A stretch of 64,000 nt of DNA from Botryllus schlosseri (lineage: Eukaryota): the NCBI GenBank assembly GCA_051294905.1, contig CM119372.1, positions 37,758,001 through 37,822,000 of the forward strand, read 5' to 3'. Below are positions 38,201-53,200 of this stretch, piece after piece. The position numbers and the translations under genes are program-made. A model generated the notes under the pieces. That model searched no databases and was not told the origin of the DNA. It was given only the letters and a program-made list of their open reading frames with translations. Position 1 is the stretch's first letter. Each line of letters opens with the position of its first letter.

Positions 38201-41200
38201 ATTAAAAATATGTTACCAAATTTTGGTGCGATATATGTTGCGACTTGCGATCATAGCCGAAGGTGTCGTCGGAAGTATTGTTATTACATTCGTCCCCATC
38301 TTTGTGAAAATGGATTTTTGGCACTCGACGGCGCGGATTTTCAAGAATCGGCCGCGTATTTGAAAAAATGCAGCTACAGAATTCGCTTTGATATAATAAA
38401 AGATTGCCCAATTTCAACATAAATAGCATGATGTTATTTTCAAGAAAAATCATTTTATTGCTGTTTGTCACTAGCCTACAGTTAGTATTTGTACAAGACA
38501 GATGACGGTTGCACGATAATTGAGTTAAATGTGTATTAAGACTTGAGGGTCCGCGGGGGTCCTTGACGGTGCACAAGGGGTCCGCGAAGACAAAAAGATT
38601 GAGAACCACTGCACTAGACACTAGGCAGTGGACAATTGGACAGCTATCGCATTACGTGTCTAATTGGTAAACCGCGATCAAACTTTTTTTCTTCTTCAAA
38701 TGTAAGATTTGCAACTGACGTTTGCATCAAAGACGATGTAGAAAAGGTTGGAGTAATATACAAATTTCCTGAAACTCCCAAACAAATATTTTCGCCTGGA
38801 GCAACACGATAACGGTTTTGATGATGGTAGAAATCCGCGTTGTTTGGTATAAATTCAGTTTATCATCGAATAGAGCACAGGAACAGGACATCAGCTACAG
38901 CACAATAACAGTTATATTTGCTAATAAATCATGATGTGAGCAAGGATCCTTGGTTTTCGATCTCATGGTTGAGGCATTAAATCAGTTACCTTGGACTCAT
39001 GATATGTTTTCATGTTAGTGATTATTCCTAACACGCGGCAGGAAATATGTTTCACAACGAACCTAAATTTGCCCCATCGACACACATTTACAGTTCAGAC
39101 CTGTGATTCCCAAACTGTGTGCCGCCACGAATTTCCGGTCGTGCCGCGAATCCTTTTGTAAATTTTTAAAGTGAAGCATTTAGGCTAGCATATGCGACTT
39201 GAACGCGCTCAAATTTCTTCACAGTTGGTAAATGACAACACGTGGCCATTAGTTACAAACCCAGCCAATCCAATCATCGCACTGTCGATGAGTTTGGTAA
39301 TTGGAACATCATAAGCGGGCTGCTATGTGTCGAAAAATGTTTTTATTGATTTCACGCTCCTAATTAATCAACTCATGAACAAGGATTTCTCCGCAAAATC
39401 TTGAGCACACCGCCTCGACTGCATCGGATACTGTGCTATCACTTATCATTACGGCGATTTTTGTAACCTGAAAAACTAAAGATTTTGATATAAAAAAGCA
39501 AAATTTTGACATTTTTTGACCTTAAAGAACTTAATTTTGACCAAATGTTAACAAAACGTATGCAAATTAGGTGTTTTCCCACATAATGTTAGAATTGTAC
39601 TACTTATCTTCATTTCTGGTTGGAACTGTCTGTCCTTACGAAGTATTTTGGCCTGCAAAATACTTTTTTTACTCAAAAACTGACAAATTTTTACGTGGAT
39701 AAACTTCATTTCAACAATATCTGGCCCTATGAAGAATTCCAGTAGTTACATCACGTATCATGGTAGAGCATGGCCTACTAGTAGGCTATGCGTTGAAATG
39801 AATAAAATTTGTTGTAGTACAACGAAAGTTACTTTTCTATATTCTCGGGTGGAAAGTGTCTGTCTTTACTAAGTAGCAAGCAAACCTTCAACAGCAGCAG
39901 TTGTTGGCTGACAACACTGAAGTTGTGCGTACACTGCTGGTGGCTCACCATGTTGCTTCATTCTGACAATGGTGTCTACATCACAATCTCTCGCCATGCG
40001 CTTTTTGACATAAGAAACATGCAGTGCCCACGCAACCTTGCGTCAGTTAGGATATGGCGGTGCGTTGAGCATAACACTGTGTCAACCTATTTGTTTCATT
40101 TGAATGTTTATGCTTCACAATGAGCAGACAATGGGCGGTCTACAACGGTAGGGCTAAAAAAGTTGACTGCAAGCTGTAAAATGTCAAATGATATGTCCAC
40201 CGACAGTGCAAAATCTACGATACAAACGAAATGTAAGTTGCAAAAAAATTTGACATTTTTTGACCCAACGCTACAATTTTGACAAAATTTCGACTTTTTT
40301 GACATGTTAAAAAGTCGCTCTACTTATCAGGATATTTTTTTTATTTACGTGGGTAGAGAGTCCATTTGAAACTACAGATGCAGCAATCTTTTTGCAGAGG
40401 AGCAGCTGATTGATTTACGAAACTCCCCGTTTATTAAAACGCTTTTTTCAAAGAATTAGTGAGTTTCGACTTTCTCGTTCCAAATCTCATACGATGATAG
40501 GTACAAAATCAATCAATTTCGATCTTCTTGACTATGTGAACATTGCATTATTGTTGCGACCGAAATTAAAAACTGTAGACTGCACGAGAGAGACTGTTTG
40601 GAGTTGACGACGAATTGCGGATATGTTTGTCAACAATGCAGCCTCGTTTCAGTCGTAGAATCCTCGTTTCATTCGTATAAATAACCATTACCATCGCATT
40701 ACCACGTTATAATTTTTTTGGTGTGCCACCAGTCGAAAAAGTCTTTGAACCACAGGTTCAAACCTATCTGTCCAGCCTTCGCATGTTGAATCATACTATA
40801 CGATAGTTTGATTGACGTGATGAATATGACAACTCAAATAACCCGGGCCAAATTCTCCTATCAGCCTGCGGCAGAATAATAGCAGAGTATAGTCAAACTC
40901 ACACAATATTCATGACTGGCTTCAAATACAATTACAAGTGTCTGGCTGTATCTGTCTCATATACATTCAGGATAGGCCCCTACGTCATCTTACAAGGCTA
41001 TTTCAAGTAATATTAGTCGAATTAGCTCACATGAAAAGATAATTTCCAGAGTTATTTAGGCTACGCACGTATTCCCGCACTTACACACAGATGTGATGGT
41101 CAAAGTAATAAGCGTTGCCAATTAACTGGAAGTAGAATAAGCGCCGCAAACTTCTACTTAGTCACAAGTAGAAGAAAATACTTGAAGTGGTAGTAGTAAG

Positions 41201-44200
41201 TGAAATTATGAAATACGGTCAAGTAAGTAGTTTCAGAAAGTAGATTTGATCGAGGAGTCGCTTACGGTTCACAGTTGATCTGAGCTGGCTTCTTTGGTAG
41301 GAATAAATAAGAAGTATTTCGTGAAAGTCTGTTAATTTTAAGTGTAAGTAATCCAAAATCACAACCATTTCAATAAGCATTGCTTGCTGTAAAAATCTAC
41401 TACACATGTGACTTCTTACCGTCGATCGCAACTTTCTTGTATAGGATTTCCATGACAAAATGCGAGTCGCTTGTGGCAACGGGGTAGCCCACATTTGTTG
41501 GAAACGCGAAGTTTTTCATCCCTAAACTCCATGCGAATAAGATCGTTCCACATTTCGCTCGCTGCCATCCTGATTCGCAAGCGATAGGGCTAGACTCAGA
41601 CGAGGTCAATACCTGGCCGCGATGATGTCAGGTTAATTATAAATGTTAAGAAGTTATATATACGCGTAATGAAATGTCGGCAGAACCGATTGAAAGCCAA
41701 CCCGCTAACATTTTTTATCCCGTTCGGGACGTCACGGATGCTCCTTGAAGTTATTCATGAGCTGATGTCGCACTGGCCATAGTGATTCCATTGAAAACAA
41801 TAATTCGGAGTGATTCGAATCATGTTATTCCAACACCAAATAGGCCTACTGAGCCAGGGGTTCATAACCTGTGAGACTTGCCACGAATAAGCCCTGAATA
41901 AATCCGCCATCAATACGCCTACTTCACCGTAACAATGGAGATAAATTAAGATTTTACATAAAAAACTGATACATCGATAGTACAGCATGTTGCCGTGCTA
42001 TTCCTTTTCCTTTCCCGTGGTCTTATACTTGTGAATGCGGTTATTTAACAATCTTATTTCTGAAGAGAAGGCAGGGATATTCAAATTGACACGCGACTGG
42101 CTCTAGCCACCAGCAAACCCAGAATTAAGACATTGTCAGAGCAAAACGAGCTCAAACATAACATGAACTGACATCAGTGTGGAATTACGTTTATTGTGTT
42201 GTAGGCCTATTTGAATTATTTATCATTCTAACTAACAGTTACTGTAGAGACAGTTTTTTTTAATTAGAATAACGTGTCTTAATTTTTACAAAAGTCTGAA
42301 AGAATAGGTGGTAGGCCTACATAAATTTTTCATGACTTTCAAATGAGGTCAGCGTATGAAAATGGTGTGAAACCCTTGTACCAGATTCCGAAAAAAAAAT
42401 GATTCAAAACTATTTTAATAAATTTTAATAATACTGTCCATCGACGACAGTGTTTGAAAATAGTGACAGCTATACCACGTCAGGGCATTCCATTAACATT
42501 TATATCAAAATTGAATGTATAAAGGAAGTATACTGACTTCAAGGTAACGTAATAGGTAGCTTAACCGATCTCACCTGAAATCTCCGGCGACATTCCCTGA
42601 TAATAATTTGAGCGACATTGTATTCCTGGCCTCTTCGAAAGAGTGGTTCGAACTGAAATTGCGAAATACATTTTACAAAGATACTTTGACTACGTAGGCT
42701 ACTATGTCCCAATACAATATCTATTCATATTGCTAAATTTATTCAATTCAAGCTTTTTGACTGACTCTCATCAGAATCGATCATTATTAAATCGCCGCGC
42801 ATGGGACTTGAGACTGCTTTGATAATTAATTGGAGATTGTGTAATGGTTATGCGTCCGGCTTCTCGATCGGTAGTTCGTGGGTTCGATCCCCGGCCGGGC
42901 CATACCAAAGACCCGAAAATTGGTATCCGCAGCTATCCTGCTTGGCGCTCAGCAATCACGGATAGCATGGAGGAGAAAAAACGGGAGCGCAGACTAGATG
43001 ACCTCACGGCCGTATCGCAACTCCGTCGTCAAAGCATCTCGATGGTGCAGGCGAAAAAGAATATAATATCTCTCTCTCTGTTGTTGTTTGTGGTATTCAT
43101 TGTGTTGGTCGACTACTATGGTCTTTTACACCATGCCAATTTTCTTCATTTTTAATCTGTAGCTGCAGTGTTATAGCACGGCCCACATGATGTTTGGTGA
43201 AAAAAATGTTCCAATTTAGTTATTTATGAACATTGATGTGTACCATCAATATAATCATCGACTCATGGAGGTGTTTCACAATTTTGACTTACTCATCCAG
43301 ACGGCAGGTGAGGCACTGCCTCACCTGCGCCTTATTGGACCGCACGTCACTGCTGCAGACACTTAATTACCGGAAATTTAACTACCCAAGGGTAGGCAAC
43401 AATTATCGTCACTATAGCCTACGTGCCTTGTGTGATATATGCGAATTCATGTGAGCCCAAAATGGGTGCTATGTTTTACCAACATCAAACCGCAAATGTG
43501 AATTTGTTGCTCATGAAGCACAAACACTCTAGAGACTGCCGACAATCCCCGGCATATTATGTTAGTTAGAATGTCACAGCCGCCTAATAAGAGACTGGTC
43601 ACAAGAAAGTACCTATTTTCCACCTGCGATATCCATTATTCGAGGTAGGCTACATACGGGATTGCATTCGTATTGTTACTCGCGGTAATAATTATATTAA
43701 GTCCTATTATTACCTATTAATATCCCTCCATGTGATTGTGAGGAGAACCAATGCTCATTTCCTTTAGTCACAATACAGCGATTCAATCCTAAACCCAAAC
43801 AATCGAATGAGACACCGAAATGAATCGGAAATGATCTGGCGAATCGTGGATTACACCGGGTTGCTATCAATTCAAATTGGCTTAATTGGACATGGCGCGG
43901 TTGATGCAGCGCCGCGCTGGCGGTGTAGAGAAGCACTTCCTGAGGAAATGTTGTTTAAATGAACACCCGTCGCTGAACGAAAATGTTTACACCTTGTACC
44001 GATAATATATTATTATCGACGTCAACTTCATTAGCGGTTAATGACTTTCAGCTGACAATGCTTGGCTTGATATGATAAAGGATATTGCCAATTATTTGGA
44101 TTGGGATAGCAAAGAATAATAAAAATGAATTAAAATAAATAGCTACAGTATGATGCCTAGCAATGTGTCCCAATCCAATCTACAATGTGAACTATACTGA

Positions 44201-47200
44201 CTTATTCTATATAGTATATTGGATTGATATAAACAGAAAAATGATGTGCGAAATATTTTTAGCAGATTGATTGCTTTCCTGATTAATATTTATAGCAAGT
44301 TACATTTTACACGGGTTAAATGTACGTCTATGCGGATTCCCGCACAACCTCTTATATAAGTATACGCTGACATGCCATTGACCATTGAAAATTTTTGTGA
44401 ACACCGCCATTTTAAAATTGAAAATGTCTGAGGAACACAAGCCATGTCGCTTGAATCTTTCAATGATTGAATAATTTGATACTAGCTCATCTGGTCCTTT
44501 GTGCGTCCAACAAATGCCCGCTTTAATTTATAGGTCTATATCACATGCACTCACATGACACCCATTCATACGCGTTATGGTGAGATAGAGTTCGACTCCA
44601 GACTCATTTCCCAAGTGTTGTAAGTTTATCTGGGCTCCTCATCGCCATATCATCCGTGTAAGCGGTGTCTTATAAAAAGCATACAAGCGGGCCGTGCTAC
44701 AAGTCGTCTGCTAGGGAATACAACAATTGGCCTGGTGTAAATGACCATAGTAGTCGATAAACGCACTGAATACCACAAACAACAACTACAACAATCCATT
44801 CATACAAAGTATTCATTTATCGAAGTGACTTGAGATGAATCATCTTACAATAATTACATCCTTACCGATTGACAGGATGGAATTCTAATCATTCCTTAGC
44901 ATTGTCGCGTTTATTATAATGCGTTACGGATGTAACACCTGCACGGTAAAGCCGCGGCGCAATCACACGAATGCTTCCAGGCGAGTGGTTAACGCATGTC
45001 ACGACTCACAACAAATACCATAGAAATGCCGGTAGATAGATCTCAACGCTATGTAATCCGACAACTGCAAACACGCTTTCCTAGCTGTACGATCGTCAGA
45101 TCCGCACGCTTAATTTTTCTTCCATTCTTCCGATTCGCATTATATCGAACCGTTTGAAAACAGTTGAAAATGCTATCATCAAAATCGCACAGAACACAGT
45201 GCTGTGCTAAAGTTTTACAAAATTTAATTAGCTGACGTTGGCCCTTTATACAAACATTTACCAATTTACCTATAAGATGCGTACTTCTCGACATCACTGT
45301 TAGCATTAGCATATCATAACTTCTATACATAGTCCAGCCGCTCGTCCGTTGAAACATGTTACGCGGAGGTGGAATAGGGTAGATTTTCCAAATTCCACTG
45401 ACTATAATTGAGAAATTGTCTGGGTGCCCAAGTAAACGCTGCACACAAAATTTGAGTCAATTCCAACCAGTAAATGCGAAGTTATTACGATTTGAAATAT
45501 TAATCATTTTTGGTAGTTATAGTATTTACGGTGGCAAATTACGTTACTTCACCATGACCACTTCGTGTCCCAGGCATGCCTTAAGGAAGGATTCCTGACA
45601 AGCCGATATCAAATGCATTGTAAAGAATTCCCCCAAAGTATGTTCTGATTTCGTGAAATCTACATTGACGAGACAAATGATACTCCCAAATATTGACTAT
45701 CCCTTGGGAAAGACATTTTCCTACATTTTTGATCAGCCCTAGTGTACTATGTGAAACTGATTGTGATCTGAAAACTGGAATAAATTATACATAGTAGATA
45801 TTTCTAGTGAGCATTAGACCCGATTAAAGCGCGAAATATATTCCAAAGTGGAACCCGTGGGGAACCCTACTCTAATTTATCCTGAACCGACCCGAAATCA
45901 ATTCGTACATGTATTATTTTTTTCGTCTTGGAAATTTTAAATCGACTCCATTCTTAACGCTGTTCTCACCTCGGTAATATGAACTTTATTTGCAATTCCA
46001 CCAAATCGAAAAGCCTCGCAGTGACGCCTGCCCTTTCGAAAGGCGTCATGATGTGATGCTCTCACGGTGACGCTTTTCCCCTCCGTTGCCACTGCAAGGA
46101 AGTTGACTATCAATGAATGAACAGATATCTCAATTTACAAGATATTGAGATGTCATAAAAAATGCAGATTAGACCTCCTTTGCGCTCTACCTAGGCCGTA
46201 TAATTTTTCCACTGAACATACGACAAAATTCCATGGACTTTGGTTTACTAAGAATCCACGTCAACACGAATACGATAAGTATTGATCCTATTCTAGCGAT
46301 TGAATCACTATGCGGATCCAAGGCGGCGGGACAGCGTAGTGGTAGGTTGCACAGCTGCAACACCATACAGTATTTCTGTACTTAACTGTTGAGGGTTTAT
46401 CTAGACCACGGGTGTTCAACCTTTTTGCTATTCACGGCCTCATTTCGATTACATATATGGCGTACGGCCTCATTCCTACGAACATTCGTAATGGTCCACT
46501 TGGACGGAAAATATTCAAGCTGAATTTGCTATCGGGAGACTTGTCATCGCGGACAGCCATTGCTGTGTTCCGAAGCATCAATGTTGACTTGAAAAATACG
46601 TAGCGCACGAACGTTTTTAATTGTAGAACAACAACGCCTCGGTGAGCTTTACACACGTACCGAAATCGCGAGTATCAATGGTATCAAAAGGGATTACGAA
46701 TCGTTGTCTAGTAGTGCCAGGCGCAATTTTTTCATATTTATGAAAGAATTTCGTCAATAATAATGGTAGTTGCACGTATTACTATCAAATATTTATCTTT
46801 TTTCCGCTCATGTAATCAGATTTACCGATATAGAGCAGATTGAAGGGGTGTCGTCGAATTTTAGGGCATGATGACTCATCTTCGGGTAGACCCAGCATTG
46901 TTAATGATCATTTTGTTGCATTTTGTTATTTCTTGACCTCCCATCAGGATTGTCGGTATAATCAAATTATATTGGAGTCGCCAAAACGTACGAAAAAAAA
47001 CTTTTGTGAGACGCACGCGATTCCAATGTGTATTTCTTAATGGGGTACATTTGCGGTTGGCATATGCACCGTGTGACTCAGACTGCAAAGACACTACTAC
47101 AATAAAATCGAATATTGAAGGAAGCAAATTTGAATAAAAATATCTCACTAATTTTGGAGCTGATTAGTACATTCAAATAGCACGTTGATGACAACCATGC

Positions 47201-50200
47201 TATTTGAATTACTTGTAGATGGCCGCAGATTGGATAACCCTGATCTAGACTCTGCCTCGCCACCCAAGCGGCGTCTTGCAAAAAGCCTAGAACGAGAAGT
47301 GAACGTTTCTATAGCTCGGCAGTTCAGGAATGATAAAAGGTAGTATCGGCGTTACGACGATTGACCATTGATGCACAACTAATTGCGCATGCCACCGACA
47401 GTTCAACAAACTATTTCAAAGGACTGTACAGTATATTACGCTGCGTTCTAAAATACTTTGAGACCCACCGTGATGAGTGTTGGTTGTCTGCGTACCTCGC
47501 GTGAATGACATATACTTCATATGTGCTGCATAATGACATGCAGCAGGTATGGACTTTAGGTTACGAAAACGCTTTTACCACACGCCTTCAAGTAGGGAGT
47601 AGAGTAGAGAAGCAGAGAAAGTAGAGCAAGTAGAGAAATAAACAATAAAATAAGTCACCATACCAAACACCGGATTTTTATAACTGAATTCTCCAGTGGG
47701 TGAGTTGAGCAGTTTCAAGTAGAGGTCGCCTAAAAAATACACAAAATACATCCAATGTTTCAGGAAGTGCACAGCACACATTATTCAAATGACACCCAAC
47801 AAACAATATATATTCATCCTAAACATTAAACAATCCAACCAACATTATAGGAAATATTCAAAGTAGCTGCTTGTGCTGTTGCTGTTTTCCTGACTACTGC
47901 ATTAGAGTTTGTGACACCAGAAATGTTGTCCCGTCGCATTGGAACAGTATAACGAATTCACAGTGGAAATGTTTTTTTTCATTGGATTGCCTCCTCCACT
48001 TTCATAACCATATACCACATACGCCACGACGCTTATATTTAGGAATACGTTGCCAAATCGAAATACAAAATGTCGTCGACCGCTATCACTGACAGGGTAT
48101 TAAGCTCTTCACGATACACAATGCGCATTTGTAACATTTGATCATGTGTTTTCACGTTAATTACTGGCATCCGTTCCAGACATATCATTATTAGGTTTTC
48201 GATAGTTATTTGCCAAGTTACGACACTCATTATATCACCCGCGATTCGTGCTGCGCTCGTGACCGCAGACACGCTCAGCTTTTTTATTGAAACAACATAT
48301 AGGCTATTCACGATACATAGCATGAGTGTAATCAATATGTCTACAGGACTTGCACTTGCTGCCATAAATCTAGCACACGGCGAGTAAAGGAACGTTGTTC
48401 GAAATGATGGTTAAACATCATTTCACGTCGCGTTTAAAGTATTCGTGGTCACTAGAATACATGTATTAAATACCGGATGATCGGACTATATTTGCATGTG
48501 TGCATTGATTAATGATCTTGAATACAAGCCTATCATTATCTGGACACAACCAAAAGTTTATTGTGTCATGAAATATGCATGTGAATGTACGAAACATCAT
48601 GTTTAGTTAATATAAACGTCGATGTATACTTATCATCACTAGAAATGAAATATTTAAACATTCATTATCATTTCTATATCGAGAAGAGCAACAGAAATAT
48701 AGAAATTGATAGCGGATTTATATTTTGGCAAATGATTCTGTTAGTTGCTTTTGGTAACGACGACAAACTCTCAGCGGATCATGACTCTGTAATAATCAAG
48801 AGAGCTATAGGTTACCAGATTCTTTGACATCGCGTGTCTGCTCATGAAGAGGTTTTGTTTCGTCAATGTCCGTCCCTCCGTACGCCCAGAATATGCGGAA
48901 AGTGTCGTTCTAAGCAGATAAGTAAGTGACTAAGGATGAATGTCAAATGATAATGCCCATAAAAATCCGCTCAAACCAGAGTGCGATTCCGCTACAATCG
49001 GGATATTCCTAAGTATGTTGTAGCTGCACAGAAACACATTGTTGGTACCTCAATATCTTAGACGATATCCGTTCGTTCGATACGTAAGATTAGGGTAGGT
49101 ATATTTATATCGAAATGAGTCAAATTAGTAGTTGAAAATCGCTTTTTACATTTATAGTGCGACTATTTTGAGTTTTATTCCGTCCATTGCTATTTGACTG
49201 ACACCCTCGGAATGCAGAGAAAACTATTCATATAACACTATATCATACTTATTACTGCTACATCCAAAACTGATCCCAGTAATGCTAACAGAAATATATT
49301 TGCTGAACCGTATATGACTATATCATGCGCAATGGCACATTTTAATGATCGCGAATGAAAGAACAAATCATTGAATTACACTCGAACGATTGTCAGGTGA
49401 CATTCTAACATATTCCTACGATAAGGGTGCGCAGTTAAGATATCATTTTTAAAATGGCGAAAACTCCGCGGTATTGTGATCAAAATGTTGGACTTGCGTC
49501 GGGGCTGGAAACCAATGGAAACTGTAGCAAAAATGGTGGAAAGAAAAAAACATCCTAGTGTTGGCATGCCTTGTTCGCGTACGGCTGATAGTCCTCAGTA
49601 CTATATTTGACTTCAAAATCGGTACATTTATACTTTGTCCCGTCGCATGCAGTCCTGGACTAGTTTGATGAAATGCTTTATTTGTACATGTGATACTGAG
49701 ATGTATCTCTATCACATAAGCAAAACCACTTATACTAATGTATCTGTATCTACGACTTTGCGATCATTATGAGCTCGGCCTTAATGATGATACTATAAAT
49801 TTGGGATTGTGAAACCTGTACTTAGGGACTAATAAGAGTATTTGTTTTAGGGGCAGGCCAAAACACCATATAGTTTTAACACAAGCATACAAAGTTTTCA
49901 GCTACTCAAATAATTAATCAAATATTAAGTGATACGCTGGTAGAGCAGTGGTCCGTATAAATTGAAAAGACAGGATCATCGCTTCAACCAGCGATTATAT
50001 GTAGCCGATAAGTGAGGGAAGGGACTTAAATCATAAGAGCAACCATACAGGTGGAATTTCGGAACTATATCAACATATTTTTGATGCACCGGATTCAGTA
50101 GTTTAGGTCGTGACCAAATGCTCCACAAAAAAAACTCAAATAATTTCGGAAACTAGTCTTCAAATGAAATCATGTCATCATGTCAATCATGTCATAATTT

Positions 50201-53200
50201 CCAAAGCGTCCCACTCACCACGTGCCTCTACCTCATTATTTTCCAAAACATGCTTCCATAATTGCGTAACCACAGATATAGCGCACTGAAGTCGTATACA
50301 TAAATGTATATACTATATGCTATATATAGGTAGTTGGGCTATGGAGTATTGACAGAAGTAATGGTGCGGTCCCCGTTGATTCCATGTTTCATTGGAATTG
50401 GTGCACCGAAAAACTAATTAATAGCTTATGTTATTTGCGGCTTGAGGCTCACCGTAATGTCTACGTCGTGTCGGTCACAAGTGATCAAGGGTCTCGTGAT
50501 AATTGCTTCTCTTCTAAACATCGTTTCCCAGACTTTTGACTGTACAACGTCTTGTGTGGAATCCCTTACGTACGTTTTATTATCGCTGACGTAAGCATCC
50601 TAAAGTGATAGAAAGCAAGTCGTTATGTATAACTTAAGCATAAATGAAATATCCATAAACATGATTATGTTACATTATTCGGTTGCTATAATGCTAATAT
50701 ACCCTTCCATAATATGCATTCATATTTATCTTAACCGAAACTTAACTAGATATGTCATACATTCGAGCATCGACCATATACGTAGGCCTATATATTAGCC
50801 TAACTTCAAATTCATTGGCGATTTACAGGGCGTTCGGGTGCTCTGAAATTAATAATATTTTGGTATCTGGAATCAGTGCGACAACAGCATTCGATTATTG
50901 CCATAAATTACACTGGTCAACACATATTTTTGGGCAGACAAAGTGAGAGTGGTTTCGGGGGTTCTGAAGGGCACTGATTCCGAATATGACCTTAGTGTTT
51001 TCAAATTGGTTCTTGTTGTGGAGATAACCCATTGGGCTGTTTTGACCAAAATCTCCCATTTTGCGGTAATGACTGGATATGAAAATCGGCTATGTGGTAC
51101 TATAAAGTTTAGAAATTCAATCTACTTGTTATTTTTACACACAGAAGACTATATTAAATCAAAATACAGCAACAGCACTATATTTTGGGGTATTATATTT
51201 ATCATAGTTACAGACTTTCACGGATATCATGTACGTGAATAAACTCCTGTCTTGTATAGAAGTATTCACCTAGATACTCAAATAACGTGGCATTAATTCA
51301 ATCAGTTTTACGTCAACCACCTATTTGTAAATTTGAAATAATCAGTTGGAATACAATATTATTGATATATTTTAAATCGAAATTGTTTTTTTTTGTACGA
51401 TTTTCGCCTATAAGCTATTAAGTGCAGTTTCTCGAAAGGTTCCGGCAACGGTCTGACATAATATGATCAATGGTTCATCTCATCTGCACTGGTATCTTTC
51501 TATTGTTGTTCTGATGTCTTGTTAGAACCTCTCCCCTTGCTAATCAACATGATGATCGGGAAATATATCAAGATGACTGAACAGGAAGTGAACTTTTATG
51601 CACATGTTTGTTCCAAGTTTTCGATATGCACATACGAACTTTCGGACCTACTGTTTGTAGATGGGTGCTTTGTGATCAGCTAAAAAGTCTTTTTTACTAC
51701 ATCTTAGGAGAAATTACATGCTGTGAACTCCTCCTAATGTGAAATTGGAATCTTTCATCGGTATTCGAATATACCAGATACCAGATTTAAGCTTCTCGTT
51801 TGATAGGGCTACTAGGTATACCCACTTCGTTGACTCAGTGTAAAATTATCCATTTACATGTCAAAAGAAATGGGACACATATAAGTATTGTAGTTAAGTC
51901 TTTCAAGGACAAATTTTATAGTTTAATACTCCTCTTTAGTCTTGGTAGAATGACCAATTGATGCAAGAGAAGATGAATTTCCATTTTGGAAAAGTACAAT
52001 TTTTAGGCTTGACAAACTGCTTTTTGACAAACAAATATTTCGCATCATGCCATGTTAATATTGATAGAATGACTGAGAATGACATGAAGGTTCTTCATAG
52101 TCAATCGACCATTTATGCGCAGCATAAAATTAGAAAAAAACTACGATTTTCTTCCCACCTGGTGAAATATTTATGGCTAAATACCGTAATTTTGGGCATT
52201 TTCAGGGTTATAATTATTTTCTAACAGAGAGCCAATCTGACAAAACTAATGTGATATTCGTAATCAGCAACCTCAAAAACCCCAGAAACGGCTCTCAGGT
52301 GTTCTGCCTGAATTTGTTTTCATTTTGTTTACCAGTGTTATAAATTCGAAGCTGTTTATGATGATTGCCACTATCACAGGTGAGGCTAGGTCCGTCTCTG
52401 CCCCATCTCTCGTTTTGCGCTATATATTTGGATAATAAATATGCAAACTGTGATATTGTGGGAATAAATATGTTCGATAGAAAATGTTTAGAAAATATGT
52501 TTAGAAAATATGTCCTCGATAGAAAATATCAATAATCACTGAAGGTTTCACAATTTATTTATTCATCCTGACGACAGGTGAGGCAGTGCCTCACTTGCCT
52601 TTCCTGGATGCATGATCCTAGAAGTAAGGTGCATCGAACGACCTTCTATCTTAATATGCCATGGACAGATTTCAGAAAATATGCAATAATCTTTGAAGGT
52701 TTCGCAATTTATTTTGCTGATCCTGACGAGGGGTGTGGGACTGCCTCATTTTGCCTCTCCTTGCCGCACCTCCCTGGCGTATGTCCATGAGAACAACATG
52801 CTTACCAGTGATTTTATGAGGGGATAAAGGGGTGGTTGCGAGGGAAGGGGTTCAAAGCTACTATTTTCTATGATGTTTCACAATCACACTGTATCAACAC
52901 TCTGCATCTTTCGAATTCTGCTGAGACGTCGAGGAATTCGAATATTGCAAACATGAGGTCACGCAAGTTTTTCGCGTGTAATATCGACCTTTTCAATCCC
53001 GATTCGACCTCCGTTGACCAATAAAAACAGCTTATATTTATTTTCTGTTCTGACAGCTCCGATGAGGAATAATGTCAATTCTATATGCGGTTGATAAATT
53101 AATCGGATGATTGCGTGCACAATTATATGAATTCTTGGTGCTGACATTTGTATCCATTTTGATCACAAGACCTGTCATCTGCACAGTGCATATGCGACCA

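Noticed and set aside
41755-42010. HGNMLYYRC resembling the HHILLYQC motif
   Set aside because: An in-frame TAG lies just upstream and there is no acceptor; the true exon is 42575-42652 with much better alignment.
42832-42905. Possible tRNA gene
   Set aside because: A and B boxes are present but there is no cloverleaf acceptor stem, and it continues into a SINE body.
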